DNA of 64,000 bases from Pristiophorus japonicus. Lineage: Eukaryota. The notes beneath the pieces are model-generated. The model saw nothing but the letters and a program-made list of their open reading frames with translations, was not told the origin of the DNA and searched no databases. This document shows positions 35,826 through 47,700 of the stretch, in pieces. The translations under genes were made by a program, and so were the position numbers. The DNA is taken from the NCBI RefSeq assembly GCF_044704955.1, contig NC_091981.1, positions 4,402,001-4,466,000 on the forward strand. Direction: 5' to 3'. The first letter of the stretch is position 1. The number at the start of each line of letters is the position of its first letter.

Positions 35826-36550
35826 TGAGCCGAAAATTGTTGCCTCGCTGGGTGCGTACGATGTGCGCATGCACCCGGTGAGGTGTCGCCAATGCCGGTT
35901 CTCGGGGCGCGATGCGCACGCGACAAGAACCGGCTTTTGCGATCTGTCGAAATGTCCTTTGACAGATTGCACGCGTCCCCAGGAGACGGACATTCACGGG
36001 CGGAGAACTCTTGCCCCGCAACTGTCCTTCAAACACTTACGCCTGGTAAAAGCATATAGCCTACTTTTACCAGCATAAGAGATTTAAAACATAGAAACAT
36101 TAAATAAACAATTTTTATATTTTAAAAACTCTGTCCATGAGGTAAGTTTATTTTTAACCCTATTAAAACACCTTTTTAAAACATTTCAAAAAAACATTTT
36201 TTTTCTAAAACTTTTAATTACATTCAATTTCAATTAATTTTAAATATGTGAGGTGTTTTTTAATTTATTGTGCTGTGTTTCTGTGTTTTGCGGGGTATTC
36301 TCACTGATAGTAATGGGAACTGTACAAACCGAGCTCCCATTATCATTGGTGAGAATACTAGATGTCCATTGGTGGTCCAGGCCCACGTGATCCCAGGATA
36401 CGAACACGTACCTGGAAGACATGTTCCCGTATGCTGCACAGTGAATGGAGGCCTCCGATCGCAATCCTCCGGGATCCCAAGGTATTTTCGTTAAAACAGA
36501 ATCTGGTCGGAAGCGTTCGCCCGCAGGAAACCTCCGACTGAAATTTTTCC
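35826..36550. mobile_element. MITE-like non-autonomous element
   Basis: GC-rich ends with an AT-rich core and internal palindromes (cttacgcctggtaaaag...cttttaccagcataag); related to 18055-18572. Confidence 0.55.
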
Positions 36551-36869
36551 CCTTTTTTCTATATACGCAAACGGTGGGGAATGTGCTGATTACCTGATCC
36601 ATCAAGCTTCTCCTGTACTGCCATGGAGCACCTTCTGCTGTGCACAATCTCCCGGGAGGGAGCTGCTTATCATTTATTTTTTATATGCAATAACAATTTA
36701 ATAGACAAGACATAGTGAAACCAGGTACACCCAACAACCAGACACTTGCTGACATACCCAAATAACTTGCATTGTAAAATAATCAAGAGGCACTCAGAAA
36801 CCATGGCACTCGTGAATTCTGAACTATGGATAGCCTTCAATGCACCGAACCCTTTTACACCTTAGAGCA

Positions 36870-38575
36870 CTGCTCTTGTGACCTCTCCGAGCTCATCCTG
36901 TCCGTGAGACCCACTTCCTGCTCCCTTGACCCTATTCCCACCAAACTGCTGACCACCCAACTTCCTTTTCTGGCTCCCATGTTAGCCGACGTTGTTAACG
37001 GGTTCTCTCTCCTCAGGTACTGTCCCCCTCTCCCTCAAATCTGCCGACATCACCCCTCTCCTCAAAAAAAAAACCAACCCTCAACCCCTCCGTCCTTGCA
37101 AACTACCGCCTCATCTCCTTTCCTCCAAAGTCCTTGAACGTGTTATTGCCTCCCAAATCCGTGCCCATCTTTCCCGCAACTCCGTGTTTGAATCCCTCCA
37201 ATCCGATTTCCGCCCCTGCCACATTACCGAAACGGCTCTCATCAAAGTCACAAATGACATCCTGTGTGACTGTGACAAAGACAATCTATCTCTCCTCATC
37301 CTCCTGGACCTGTCTGCAGCCTTTGACACGGCTGACCACTCCATCCTCCTCCAACGCCTCTCCACCATCGTCCAGCTGGGTGGGACTGCACTCGCCTGGG
37401 TTCCATTCTTATCCATCTAATCGTAGCCAGAGAATCTCCTGCAACGGCTTCTCTTCCCACCCCACACCGTTACCTCTGGTGTCCCCCCAGGATCTGTCCT
37501 TGGCCCCTCCTATTTCTCATCGACATGTTGCCCCTCGGCGACATCATCCGGAAACACAGCGCCAGTTTCCACGTGTACACTGATGACACCCAGCTCTACC
37601 TCCCCCCCACTGCTCTCGACCCCCTCCTCGGTCTCTAAATTGTCAGACTGCTTGTCCCACATCCAGTTCTGGATGAGCAGAAATGTTCTCCAATTGAATA
37701 TTGGGAAGACCGAAACCATTGTTTTTGGTCCCCGCCACAAACTCCGTTCCCTCCATCCCTCTCCCCAACTTCTGTCTGAGGCTGAACCAGACTGTTCGCA
37801 ACCTCGGTGTGGTATTTAATCCCGAAATGAACTTTTGACCACATATCCGCAGCATAACTAAGACCGCCTATTTCCACCTCCGTAACATCGCCGGACTCTA
37901 CCCCAGCCTCAGCTCATCCGCTGCTGAAGCCCTCATCCATGCCTTTGTTACCTCTAGACTTGACTATTCCAACATACTCCTGGCTGGCTTCTCACATTCT
38001 ACTCTACGTAAACTAGAGGTGATCCAAAACTCGGCTGCCTGTGTCCTAACTCGCACCAAGTCCCGCTCACCCATCACCCCCTGTGCTCACTGCCCCGTGT
38101 CCTAACTCGCACCAAGTCTCACTCACCCATCACCCCTGTACTCGTTGACTACATTGGCTTCTGGTTAAACAACACCTCGATTTCAAAATTCTCAGCCTTA
38201 TTTTTAAATCCCTCTGTGCCCTCGCCCCTCCCCATCTCTGTAATCTTTTCCAGCCCAAACACCGCCCCCCCGAGATATCTGCGCTCCTCTAATTCTGCCC
38301 TCCTGAGCATCCCTGATTATAATCGCTTCACCATCGGTGGCTGTGCCTTCTGTTGCCTGGGCCCCAAGCTCTGGAACTCCCTCCCTAAACCTCTCTGCCT
38401 CTCCTCCTTCAGGATACTCCTTAAAACCGACCTCTTTGACCAAGCTCTTGGTCACCTGCCCTGATTTCTCCTTTTGTGACCCCGTGTCAAATTTTTTTAT
38501 CTCATTATACTCCTGTGAAGCGCCTTGGGACATTTCACTACGTTAAAGGCGCTATATAAATACAAGTTGTTGTTG
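36870..38575 (+). mobile_element. L2 LINE (RT domain to 3' end), degenerate
   Basis: [21 protein letters not shown](A/T)DDTQLY, LNIGKTE; L2 tail. Confidence 0.9.
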
Positions 38576-38576
38576 T

Positions 38577-39500
38577 CATCGTCATCATCGGCAGTCCCTC
38601 GAAATCGAGGAAGACTTGCTTGCATTCGAAAAATTAGTTCTTAGGTGACTGAACAGTCCAATACGGGAATTACAGTCTCTGTCACAGGTGGGACAGACAG
38701 TGGTTGAAGGAAAGGGAGGGTGGGACTGGTTTGCCGCACGCTCCTTCCGCTGCCTGCGCTTGCTTTCTGCATGCTCTCGGCGATGAGACTCGAGGTGCTC
38801 AGCGCCCTCCCGGATACACTTCTTCCACTTAGGGCGGTCTTTGGCCAGGGACTCCCAGGTGTCGCTGGGGATGTTGCACTTTATCAGGGAGGCTTTGAGG
38901 ATGTCCTTGAAACGTTTCCTTTGCCCAGGCTCGCTTGCCGTGTATGAGTTCCGAATAGAGTGCTTGCTTTTGGAGTCTCATGTCAGGCATGTGGGCACTG
39001 TGGCCCGCCCAACAGAGCTGGTCGACTGTGGTCAGTGCTTCAGTGCTGGGGATGTTGGCCTGATTGAAGACACTGACATTGGCGCATCTATCCTCCCAAT
39101 GGATTTGCAGGATCTTGCGGAGGGAGATCTCAGAGCTGCCATAATGGTGACCATCTTTAAAAAAAAAAGGGGACAAGTCCGACTACGGCAACTACAGCGG
39201 AATCTCCCTGTTGTCGGCCACTGGGAAAGTCATCGCAAGAATCTTCCTCAACCGCCTTCTCCCTATGGCTGAAGAGCTCCTCCCAGAATCGCAGTGCGGA
39301 TTCCGTCCACTAAGGGGTACAATGGACATGATCTTCACCGCGCGACAACTACAAGAGAAATGCAGGGAGCAGCACCAACCCTTGTACATGGCCGCCTTTG
39401 ACACTGTCAACCGTGAGGGGACTATGGAGCGTCCTCCTCCGTTTCGGCTGCCCCCAAAAGTTTGTCACCATCCTCTGCCTGCTCCACGACGCCATGCAAA
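38577..39500. mobile_element. RTE LINE with inverted 5' part (38577-~39125 minus; ~39130-39500 plus)
   Basis: Plus part GKVIARIFLNRL...ESQCGFRPLRGTMDMIF..RQLQEKCREQ; minus part is the C-terminus and tail. Confidence 0.8.
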
Positions 39501-40591
39501 TTGTTGCTGTAGAACGCGGGCCGCAGCCTGACGTCATAGGGTAGCATGTTGAAAGTGCGCGCTGTATCTGAGCCAGATGATTGATGGATTGTTACTGGAT
39601 TTCGTTCCGCCATTGCCAGTCTACAGCTACTGCCCCACACCCTGGGGGCGCGCACACAACCCCAGGTGGTTCAGTCGTCGCTGGGAGCAGCTTCCACGTG
39701 CCAACCAGCAGCGAGCCCTTTCTCCTGCCGGTCGGAGCCACTGACAGCTTTTTAAGAACGTAAGAAATAGGAGCAGGAGTCGGCCATTTGGCCCCTCGAG
39801 CCTGCTGCAGGCTCGAGGGGCCAAATGGCCTACTCCTGCTCTGCCAGTCAATAAGATCATGGCTGGACCCGATCATGGACTCGGCTCCACTTCCCGCTGT
39901 ACTTGGCACATCAGTTTTGTCAGATCTGCTTCCAATCTGAAGTTTTCAGCATCGTTGCAGCTGATTAGGTGCTGATCATAATCTCTGCTGGTTCTCCCAG
40001 ATTGTCGGTGATATTTTACAGTATGTACAATGAGCAAATTGAAAATAAGGACACCTGCAAAAGTGGATGCCAGGGTCCCTTGGGAGCCTGCAATTTGCAG
40101 ATTTCACGACCAATAATTTAGTATTTAAAATGTTAACTGTTTTAAGAGGTTATGAATCCTTTGATTGCATTGGTGGCTTAAATTCAGCTGGAAATAGACG
40201 CTGTCTGTGAAGCCCAGAATTACTGGTCGAGAGCCATTTGCACCAGCTGTGTGGCCCTGACTTGTACTTGCAGTGGGTCCTTCATCAATTCGTTGTAATG
40301 TTAGCATTGCATTTGTTGACGAAAAGTTGAGGAGGTGTAACAGGAATACGCTGTCGGCCTGCTAAGTAGGCAGTGCCAATTAGGGCCAAGCTGCTCTCTG
40401 GATAAGACGCGAGCCTCTTCTGCTGATTAAGCGGCTCCGTTTTCAGGATAGGGTTTCGCTGCTTGATTATTTTTTTCTAAAGTAACTTTTTGTTTTGTCG
40501 GTGTGTCCGTGTTAACATTTCACTTGCAGCTCGATTAAATTCCTGCAAAGAAATTGGAAGTATTTTTTGGCAGTAATGTAGCAGATAGGGG

Positions 40592-42093
40592 GGGGCCGAA
40601 ATTGCCCGGCCCCCCCCCCCCTCCTCTTTTAGAGCAGATAGGCCTCACCGACTGGGGGCCGACCCGTCCTAAATTGTCCCCGGGCTCGGAGCCACGGGAA
40701 CGTTTCCACGCTGCCCGTGCTGCTGCTCCGTCGGGCACATGCCGACCGGCGGCGAACCCTTTCTGACGCCCCACGGGAAATTGCCCTGCGGGAGTGGCAC
40801 CTCTTCCGGTGTGTGTCACTGACAGCTTCATAAGAACATAAAGGGATCAAGGGGTATGGAGAGAAAGCAGGAATGGGGTACTGAAGTTGCATGATCAGCT
40901 ATGATCATATTGAATGGTGGTGCAGGCTCGAAGGGCTGAATGGCCCACTCCTGCACCTATTTTCTATGTTTCTATAAGAAATAGGAGCAGGAGTAGGCCA
41001 TACAGCCCCTCGAGCCTGCTCCGCCATTCAGTAAGATCATGGTTGATCTGGTCATGGACTCAGCTCCACTTCCCTGCCCCAGCTCCCCATAACCCTTCAC
41101 TCCCTTATCGCTCAAAAATCTGTCTATCTCCGCTTAAATATATTCAATGACCCAGCCTCCACAACTCTCTGGGGCAGAGAATTCCACAGATTTACAACCC
41201 TCTGAGAGAAGACAGACATTCCTCCTCATCTCAGTTTTAATTGAGTGACCCCTTATTCTGAGATTATGCCCCCAAGTTTTAGTTTCCCCTATGTATGGAA
41301 AGATCCTCTCTGTATCCACCTTGTTGAGCCTCCTCGTTATCTTATCTGTTTCGATAAGATCAACTCTCATTCCTTCTGAACTCCAATGGGTATAGGCCCA
41401 ACCTACTCAACCTTTCCTCATAAGTCAACCCCCTCATCTCAGGAATCAACCGAGTGAACCTTCTCTGAACTGCCTCCAGTATCCTTCCTAAATAAGGAAA
41501 CCAAAACTGCACGCAGTACTCCAGGTGTGGCCTCACCAATATCCTGTACAGTTGCAGCAAGACCTCTCTGCTTTTATACTCCATCCCCCTTGCAGCATTC
41601 CATTTGACTTCCTGATTACCTGCCGTACCTGCATACTCACATTTTGTGTTTCATACACACACACCCCCTGTTGGAAGCTGTGTGTGGCTGGGCGTTGTGT
41701 CCACCGTTAAAAGTGGAGGGTGTGCTATCGGCACCTCCATTTTATTTTAATCGTCGGGCTGACTCTGGGGTGGGCCCGACAATGGCACCCAACAGGCAGC
41801 CCAGTACCCCTTTTTGGGTATGGTCTGCTGGCCCGGTTGAAACCCTCCCCGCTGGGCCAAACTAAACCCTATGTAGAGCTCGCAGCGGCCCTCCCTTTTA
41901 ACTGAAGGGGGGGGGAAGGATGTCGTGATCCGTCAGGGCGCGCTGATGACTTGGTGCGTCGTTCCAACGCTACTTCTGCCCCTCACCACCGCCCCGGAAG
42001 CTGAATTAAAAAAAAAAAGTTTGATTCTCTGCCCCGTGGATTGGGTTGGTGATCGCAACACTTTTAGATCGGGGGTGGGGCAATTTCGGCCCC
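40592..42093. mobile_element. MITE with perfect 16-bp TIRs, interrupted by CR1 fragments (~40830-41660)
   Basis: ggggccgaaattgccc (40592-40607) / gggcaatttcggcccc (42078-42093); a PIF/Harbinger origin is inference. Confidence 0.7.
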
Positions 42094-42579
42094 AGGGACT
42101 CTCGGCTATCGTTTGTCCTTCGTGTGTTTGCTGCGAGAGTTCCCAAAATGTAGGAGAGTCATTATTGAAACATGGCAGGTGTGTACCTGTGGAAGGTGTT
42201 TGGTGGAAACACCTCTTCTATAAAGGATATCTGCGAGCTGCAGTGAAATCCCAATGGGGATTGTGCTGTGTTGTGTGCTCCAGGGCACGAGAAGGCTCCT
42301 GTACAGAGGTGCAACCACTTATGGCCATCTCTGTGGTCTGTCAAACAACCCAATTATCTGCATATCCCTACAAGCAAAACTCATTACCCTTGTTGCTGGG
42401 AGTCTGCACATAATCGTCTGTGGGGCACGCAGTTTAATCACTAAGGGTGTACATCGGAAGTGACCATCAACCACTTTGCCTACAACAAATTTTATTAAAT
42501 ATTAAATCACAACGATGCGGCCTTTGTGATCACAATCTGTCGGGTACAAGCAGTTCGAAAGGCATCCTGGTTTATAAGA

Positions 42580-44360
42580 ACATAAGAAATTGGAGCAGGA
42601 GGGGCCAGGCTCCAGGGGTCACAGTCTAAAGATAAGGGGTAAGCCATTTAGGACCGAGATGAGGAGAAACTTCTTCACCCAGAGAGTTGTGAACCTGTGG
42701 AATTCTCTACCACAGAAAGTTGTTGAGGCCAGTTCGTTACATATATTCAAAAGGGAGTTAGATGTGGCCCTTATGGCTAAAGGGATCAAGGGGTATGGAG
42801 AGAAAGCAGGAAAGGGGTACTGAGGTGAATGATCAGCCATGATCATATTGAATGGTGGTGCAGGCTCGAAGGGCTGAATGGCCTACTCCTGCACCTATTT
42901 TCTATGTTTCTGTGTTTAATAAAATCATGGCTGATCTGATCTTGGTCTCAACTCCACTTCCCTGCCCGCTCCCCATAACCCTTGACTCCTTTATCATTCA
43001 AAAATCTATCTCCACCTTGAATATATTCAATGACCCAGTCCTCTGGGGCAGCTCTCTGGGGCAGAAAATTCCACAGATTCACGACACTCAGAGAAGAAAT
43101 TTCTCCTTATCTCCGTTTTAAATGGGCGTTTATGGTTGCAATGCAGCATCGAAGAAAGACAGAACCCTACGTGAATGTTGCTGATACCTTTAGCTGCAAA
43201 CCTCTTCCCCTCAAATTTTGCCTCAACACTTTAAAAAAAAAAATCTGCACTACATTAGTCTTTTCATTCGGATAAATTTTCCTGGCGAGTGTGCCTTTAT
43301 TATTAAGTGACGCACGCACCGCATTTTCTAATACAGCTGCCATCCTGATGCACTCTTCATTCCGAGGCTTCACAGTGAAGACTGGCAGCTGGAGGATGAC
43401 CGGTTGATCAGACACTGGATGACCGTGACTTACTCCTGACTTTGGTGTCCATCAAAGTTTAAAAAAAAAAGCTCCATTGCACATTAGAAGTAAAAGGAGT
43501 GCTGCAGGTTGTAACTTAAGCCGCCGTTGTCCAAGAAAGAAAGATTTGCATCTGTAGAAATGCCGTAACCTACAGGACTACGGACTAAGAGCTGGAAAGT
43601 GGGATTAGGCTGGGTAGCTCTTTGTCGCCGGCGTGGACACGATGGGCCGAATGGCCTCCTCCTGTGCTGCAAAATTTCTATAATTCTTTCATGATCGCCG
43701 GACATAGAAACATAGAAATTAGGTGCAGGAGTAGGCCATTCGGCCCTTCAAGCCTGCACCACCATTCAATATGACCAAGGCTGATCATGCAACTTCAGTA
43801 CCCCTTTCCTGCTTTCTCTCCATACTCCTTTATCCCTTTAGCTGTAAGAGCCACATCTAACTCCCTTTTGAATATATCTAACTAACCGGCCTCAACAACT
43901 TTCTGTGGTAGAGCATTCCACAGTTCACAATTCTCTGAGTGGAAAAGTTTCTCCTCATCTCGGTCCTAAATGGCTTACCCCTTATCCTTAGACTGTGACC
44001 CCTGGTTCTGGACTTCCCCAACATCGGGAACATTCTTCCTGCATCTAACCTGTCCAATCCCGTCAGAATTTTAAATGTTTCTATGAGGTCCCCTCTCAAT
44101 GTTCTAAATTCCCAAAGCGCTTTACAGCCAATGAAGTACCTTTTGAAGTGTAGTCACTGTTGTAATATGGAAACGCCATTTTGTGCACAGCAAGCTCCCA
44201 CAAAAACAGCAATGTGACAATGACCACACAATCTCTTTTAGTGATGTTGATTGAGGGATAAATATTGGCCCCAGGACACCGGGGAGAACTGCCCTGCTCT
44301 TCTTTAAAATAGTGCCGTGGGATCTTTTACATCCACCTGAGAGAGCAGACAGGGCCTTGG
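42580..44360. mobile_element. CR1 fragments in both orientations plus a DeuSINE fragment
   Basis: CR1 plus ~42610-42910, CR1 minus ~43700-44110, SINE body minus ~44110-44380. Confidence 0.8.
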
Positions 44361-44447
44361 TTTAACGTCTCGTCTGAAAGATTAAACAGTTGATTTTCTG
44401 TCACATAATAGACATTCTCAGCAACTTTTAAAAATTATTTTTTTTAG

Positions 44448-44545
44448 GCACACGACACCAGAAAAGTTCTACTTTGAGGCATGTGATGATGGATCAAATG
44501 ACGTACTCGCGATCGACCGGGTCTCCAACGAAATCACCCTTGGAG
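44448..44545 (+). CDS. SACM1L: SACM1L exon 2
   Basis: tttttAG|G; (L)[32 protein letters not shown] vs human [32 protein letters not shown]; donor G|GTAAAA; 98 nt. Confidence 0.95.
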
Positions 44546-44724
44546 GTAAAACATCTGTTTGAAGCAATTTCAAAGCAGGGGATTGTATTTTAGCAGGTGG
44601 CAACAATTTTTATTTTCAAATTTTAAATGTTTTATTTACTGCCAAAAGATACACAATACTCCCTGACATGAAGGTGGCAACTACATTTTTATTTGGCGGG
44701 TTTGTTTTTGTTTTAATGGCTCGT

Positions 44725-47700
44725 GGGATGAGAGGGTTGCCCCACGAGGATTGACTGAGTAGATTGGGCCGATACTCTCTGGAATTTAGAAGAATGAGAG
44801 GTGATCTCATTGAAACACACAAGATTCTGAGGGGGATTGACAGGGTAGATGCTGAGAGGATGTTTCCCCCGGGCTGGAGAGTCTAGAACCAGGGGTCACA
44901 GTCTCAGGATAAGGGGTCGGCCATTTAGGACTGAGATGAAGAGGAATTTCTTCACTCAGAGGGTGGTGAATCTTTGGAATTCTCTGCCCCAGAGGGCTGT
45001 GGATGCTGAGTCGTTGAGTATATTCAAGGCTGAGATCGATAGATTTTTGGACACTTGGAAAATCGAGGGATATGGGGATCGGGCGGGAAAGTGGAGCTGA
45101 GGTCGAAGGTCAGCCGTGATCTTATTGAAATGTGGAGCAGGCTCGAGGGGCCGAATGGCCGACTCCTGCTCCTATTATGCTCTTATGTTACACTTCATTT
45201 TTATCAACCTAAGCTTTATTTCTTGCATTTTGCCAGAGGGCCACAAAATCACAGGAAGATGTTTCTGTGATCGGTAATTGAATAGCAGAGATGCAACTAA
45301 GGGGGAGCAAGATAAGGACGAGGGAGGGAGGAATAGAGGGATATGCTGATTGGGTGAGATGAAGAGGGTGGGAGGAGGCTAGTGTGAAGTATAAACCCCG
45401 AGTTGGGCTGAATGGGTGCTGTCCATTCTGTGTAAGATTTCCCTCGGTGAGGCTTTGTAAAGTGCTTGCTCAGTGGTATCTTTCCAATGGAGCACTGCTT
45501 TGTAATGCAAAAAGCTATTTGTCCGACTTAATCAGTTCCTGTGCGCGATGCGGGATGTGTACGGTTATGGGGCTGAAATACGTTGGGCACTCTTGGCGTG
45601 CCGTGTACAGATCAGAAGGAATGCCGAGGCACTGGAGAGGGTGCAGAAAAAAATGTACAAGGATTATTACCGCAACTGAGCGGTTCCAACCATCAGGAAA
45701 GACCAGGGAATGGAGATCATCATCTCTCTAGAGCAGAGAAGGCTGAGGGGTCACATAGAGGTCTTTATGTTTACCTTATCAAACCCCTTCATAATTTTAG
45801 AGAAGATGTTTCCACCTGTGGGGAGTCCAAAACGAGATCCAAAAATCAGATAGTCACTAATAAATTCAATGGGGAATTCAGGAGAAACTTCTTTACCCAG
45901 AGAGTGGTGAGAATGTGGAACTCGCTGCCACAGGGAAATATCATTTAAGGAGCAGCTAGGTAAGTACTACGATTCTATGATTCGAGGGAGAAAGGAATAG
46001 GAGAAGACGGAGAAGAGATTTGATCGAGGTGTTGAAAATCATGAGGGGTCTGGACAGAGTAGATAGAGAGAAACTGTTCCCATTGGTGGAAGGGTGGAGA
46101 ACCAGAGGACACAGATTTAAGGCGATTGGCAGAAGAACCAAAGGCGACATGAGGGAAAACGTTTTTACGCAGCGAGTGGTTAGGATCTGGAATGCGCTGC
46201 CTGAGAGGGTGGTGGAGGCAGATTCGATCACGGCTTTCAAAAGGGAGTTGGCTAAGTACTTGAAACAAAAGATTTGCAGGGCTACGGGGAAAGGGCGGTG
46301 GGGTGGGACTGGCTGAGGTGCTCTTGCAGAGAGCCGGCACAGGCTCGACGGGCCGAATGGCGGCCTCCTGTGCTGTAACCGTTCTGTGATGTGCTGATAG
46401 AGTGAGATGAAGTAGGGTGGGAGGAGGCTCGTGTGGGACACAATGAGCCAGTTGGTCCGAATGGCCTGTTTCTGTGCTGTAAACGCTTTATAATTCCATA
46501 TTGTGGATAATGTAGACCACACTTGCTGATCTGGGTAACTCATAGAAACATAGAAAATAGGTGCAGGAGTAGGCCCTTCGAGCCTGCACCACCATTCAAT
46601 AAGATCATGGCTGATCATGAAACTTCAGTACCCCATTCCTGCTTTCTCTCCATACCCCTTGATCCCTTTAGCCATAAGGGCCACATCTAACTCCCTCTTG
46701 AATATATCTAACGAACTGGCCTCAACAACTTTCTGCGGTAGAGAATTCCACAGGTGAACAACTCGCTGAGTGAAGAAGTTTCTCCTCATCTCGGTCCTAA
46801 ATGGCTTACCCCTTATCCTTAGACTGTGACCCCTGGTTCTGGACTTCCCCGGGAACATTCTTCCTGCATCTAACCTGACTGGAATAATCATCCCCTTGGT
46901 AATTTAGTTTTGGCATGTTCAGTATTGCTGAAGGTTAAGAGGTAAAAGGATGCCATCTCCTTCGAGATTTTAACTTTTCCAACCTGCAAATTTCCTTCTA
47001 CTGATACTATAACCTACCGACCTTGCTGTGCGTGTATTGATTTTAAACAGAGATTGACGAGTGCGAAATGATCTCTTGCTTCTGTGTTCAGGTTTCATAA
47101 CTTGTAGAAAGAAGTGTCTCCGCAATGAAAGCTCGAGACAGGCAGGCACCTAGCTGTCAAAGGCACTGTGGAATCTATCAGCCCAATTCTAGCATTGAGT
47201 TTGATGTAAGGGAAACACAGTTGCAGAATCAGACAGTCACATCCCCTGGGAGGACAGACGCACCAACATTAGTGTCCTCGACCAGGCCAATATCCCCAGC
47301 ATTGAAGCACTGACCACACCTGATCAGCTCTGCTGGGCAGGTCACATCGTTCGCATGCCAGACACGAGACTCCCAAAGCAAACGCTCTACTCTGAACTCC
47401 TACACGGCAAACATGCCAAAGGTGGGCAGAGGAAATGTTAAGGGACATCCTCAAAGCCTCCCTGATAAAGTGCAACATCCCCACCGACACCTGGGAGTCC
47501 CTGCCCAAAGACCACCCTAAGTGGAAGAAGTGCATCCGGGAGGGCGCTGAGCACCTCGAGTCTCGTCGCCGAGAGCATGCAGAAACCAAGCGCAGGCAGC
47601 GGAAGGAGTGTGCGGCAAACCAGTCCCACCCACCCCTTCCCTCAACCACTGTCTGTCCCTCCTGTGACAGAGACTGTAATTCCCGTATTGGACTGTTCAG

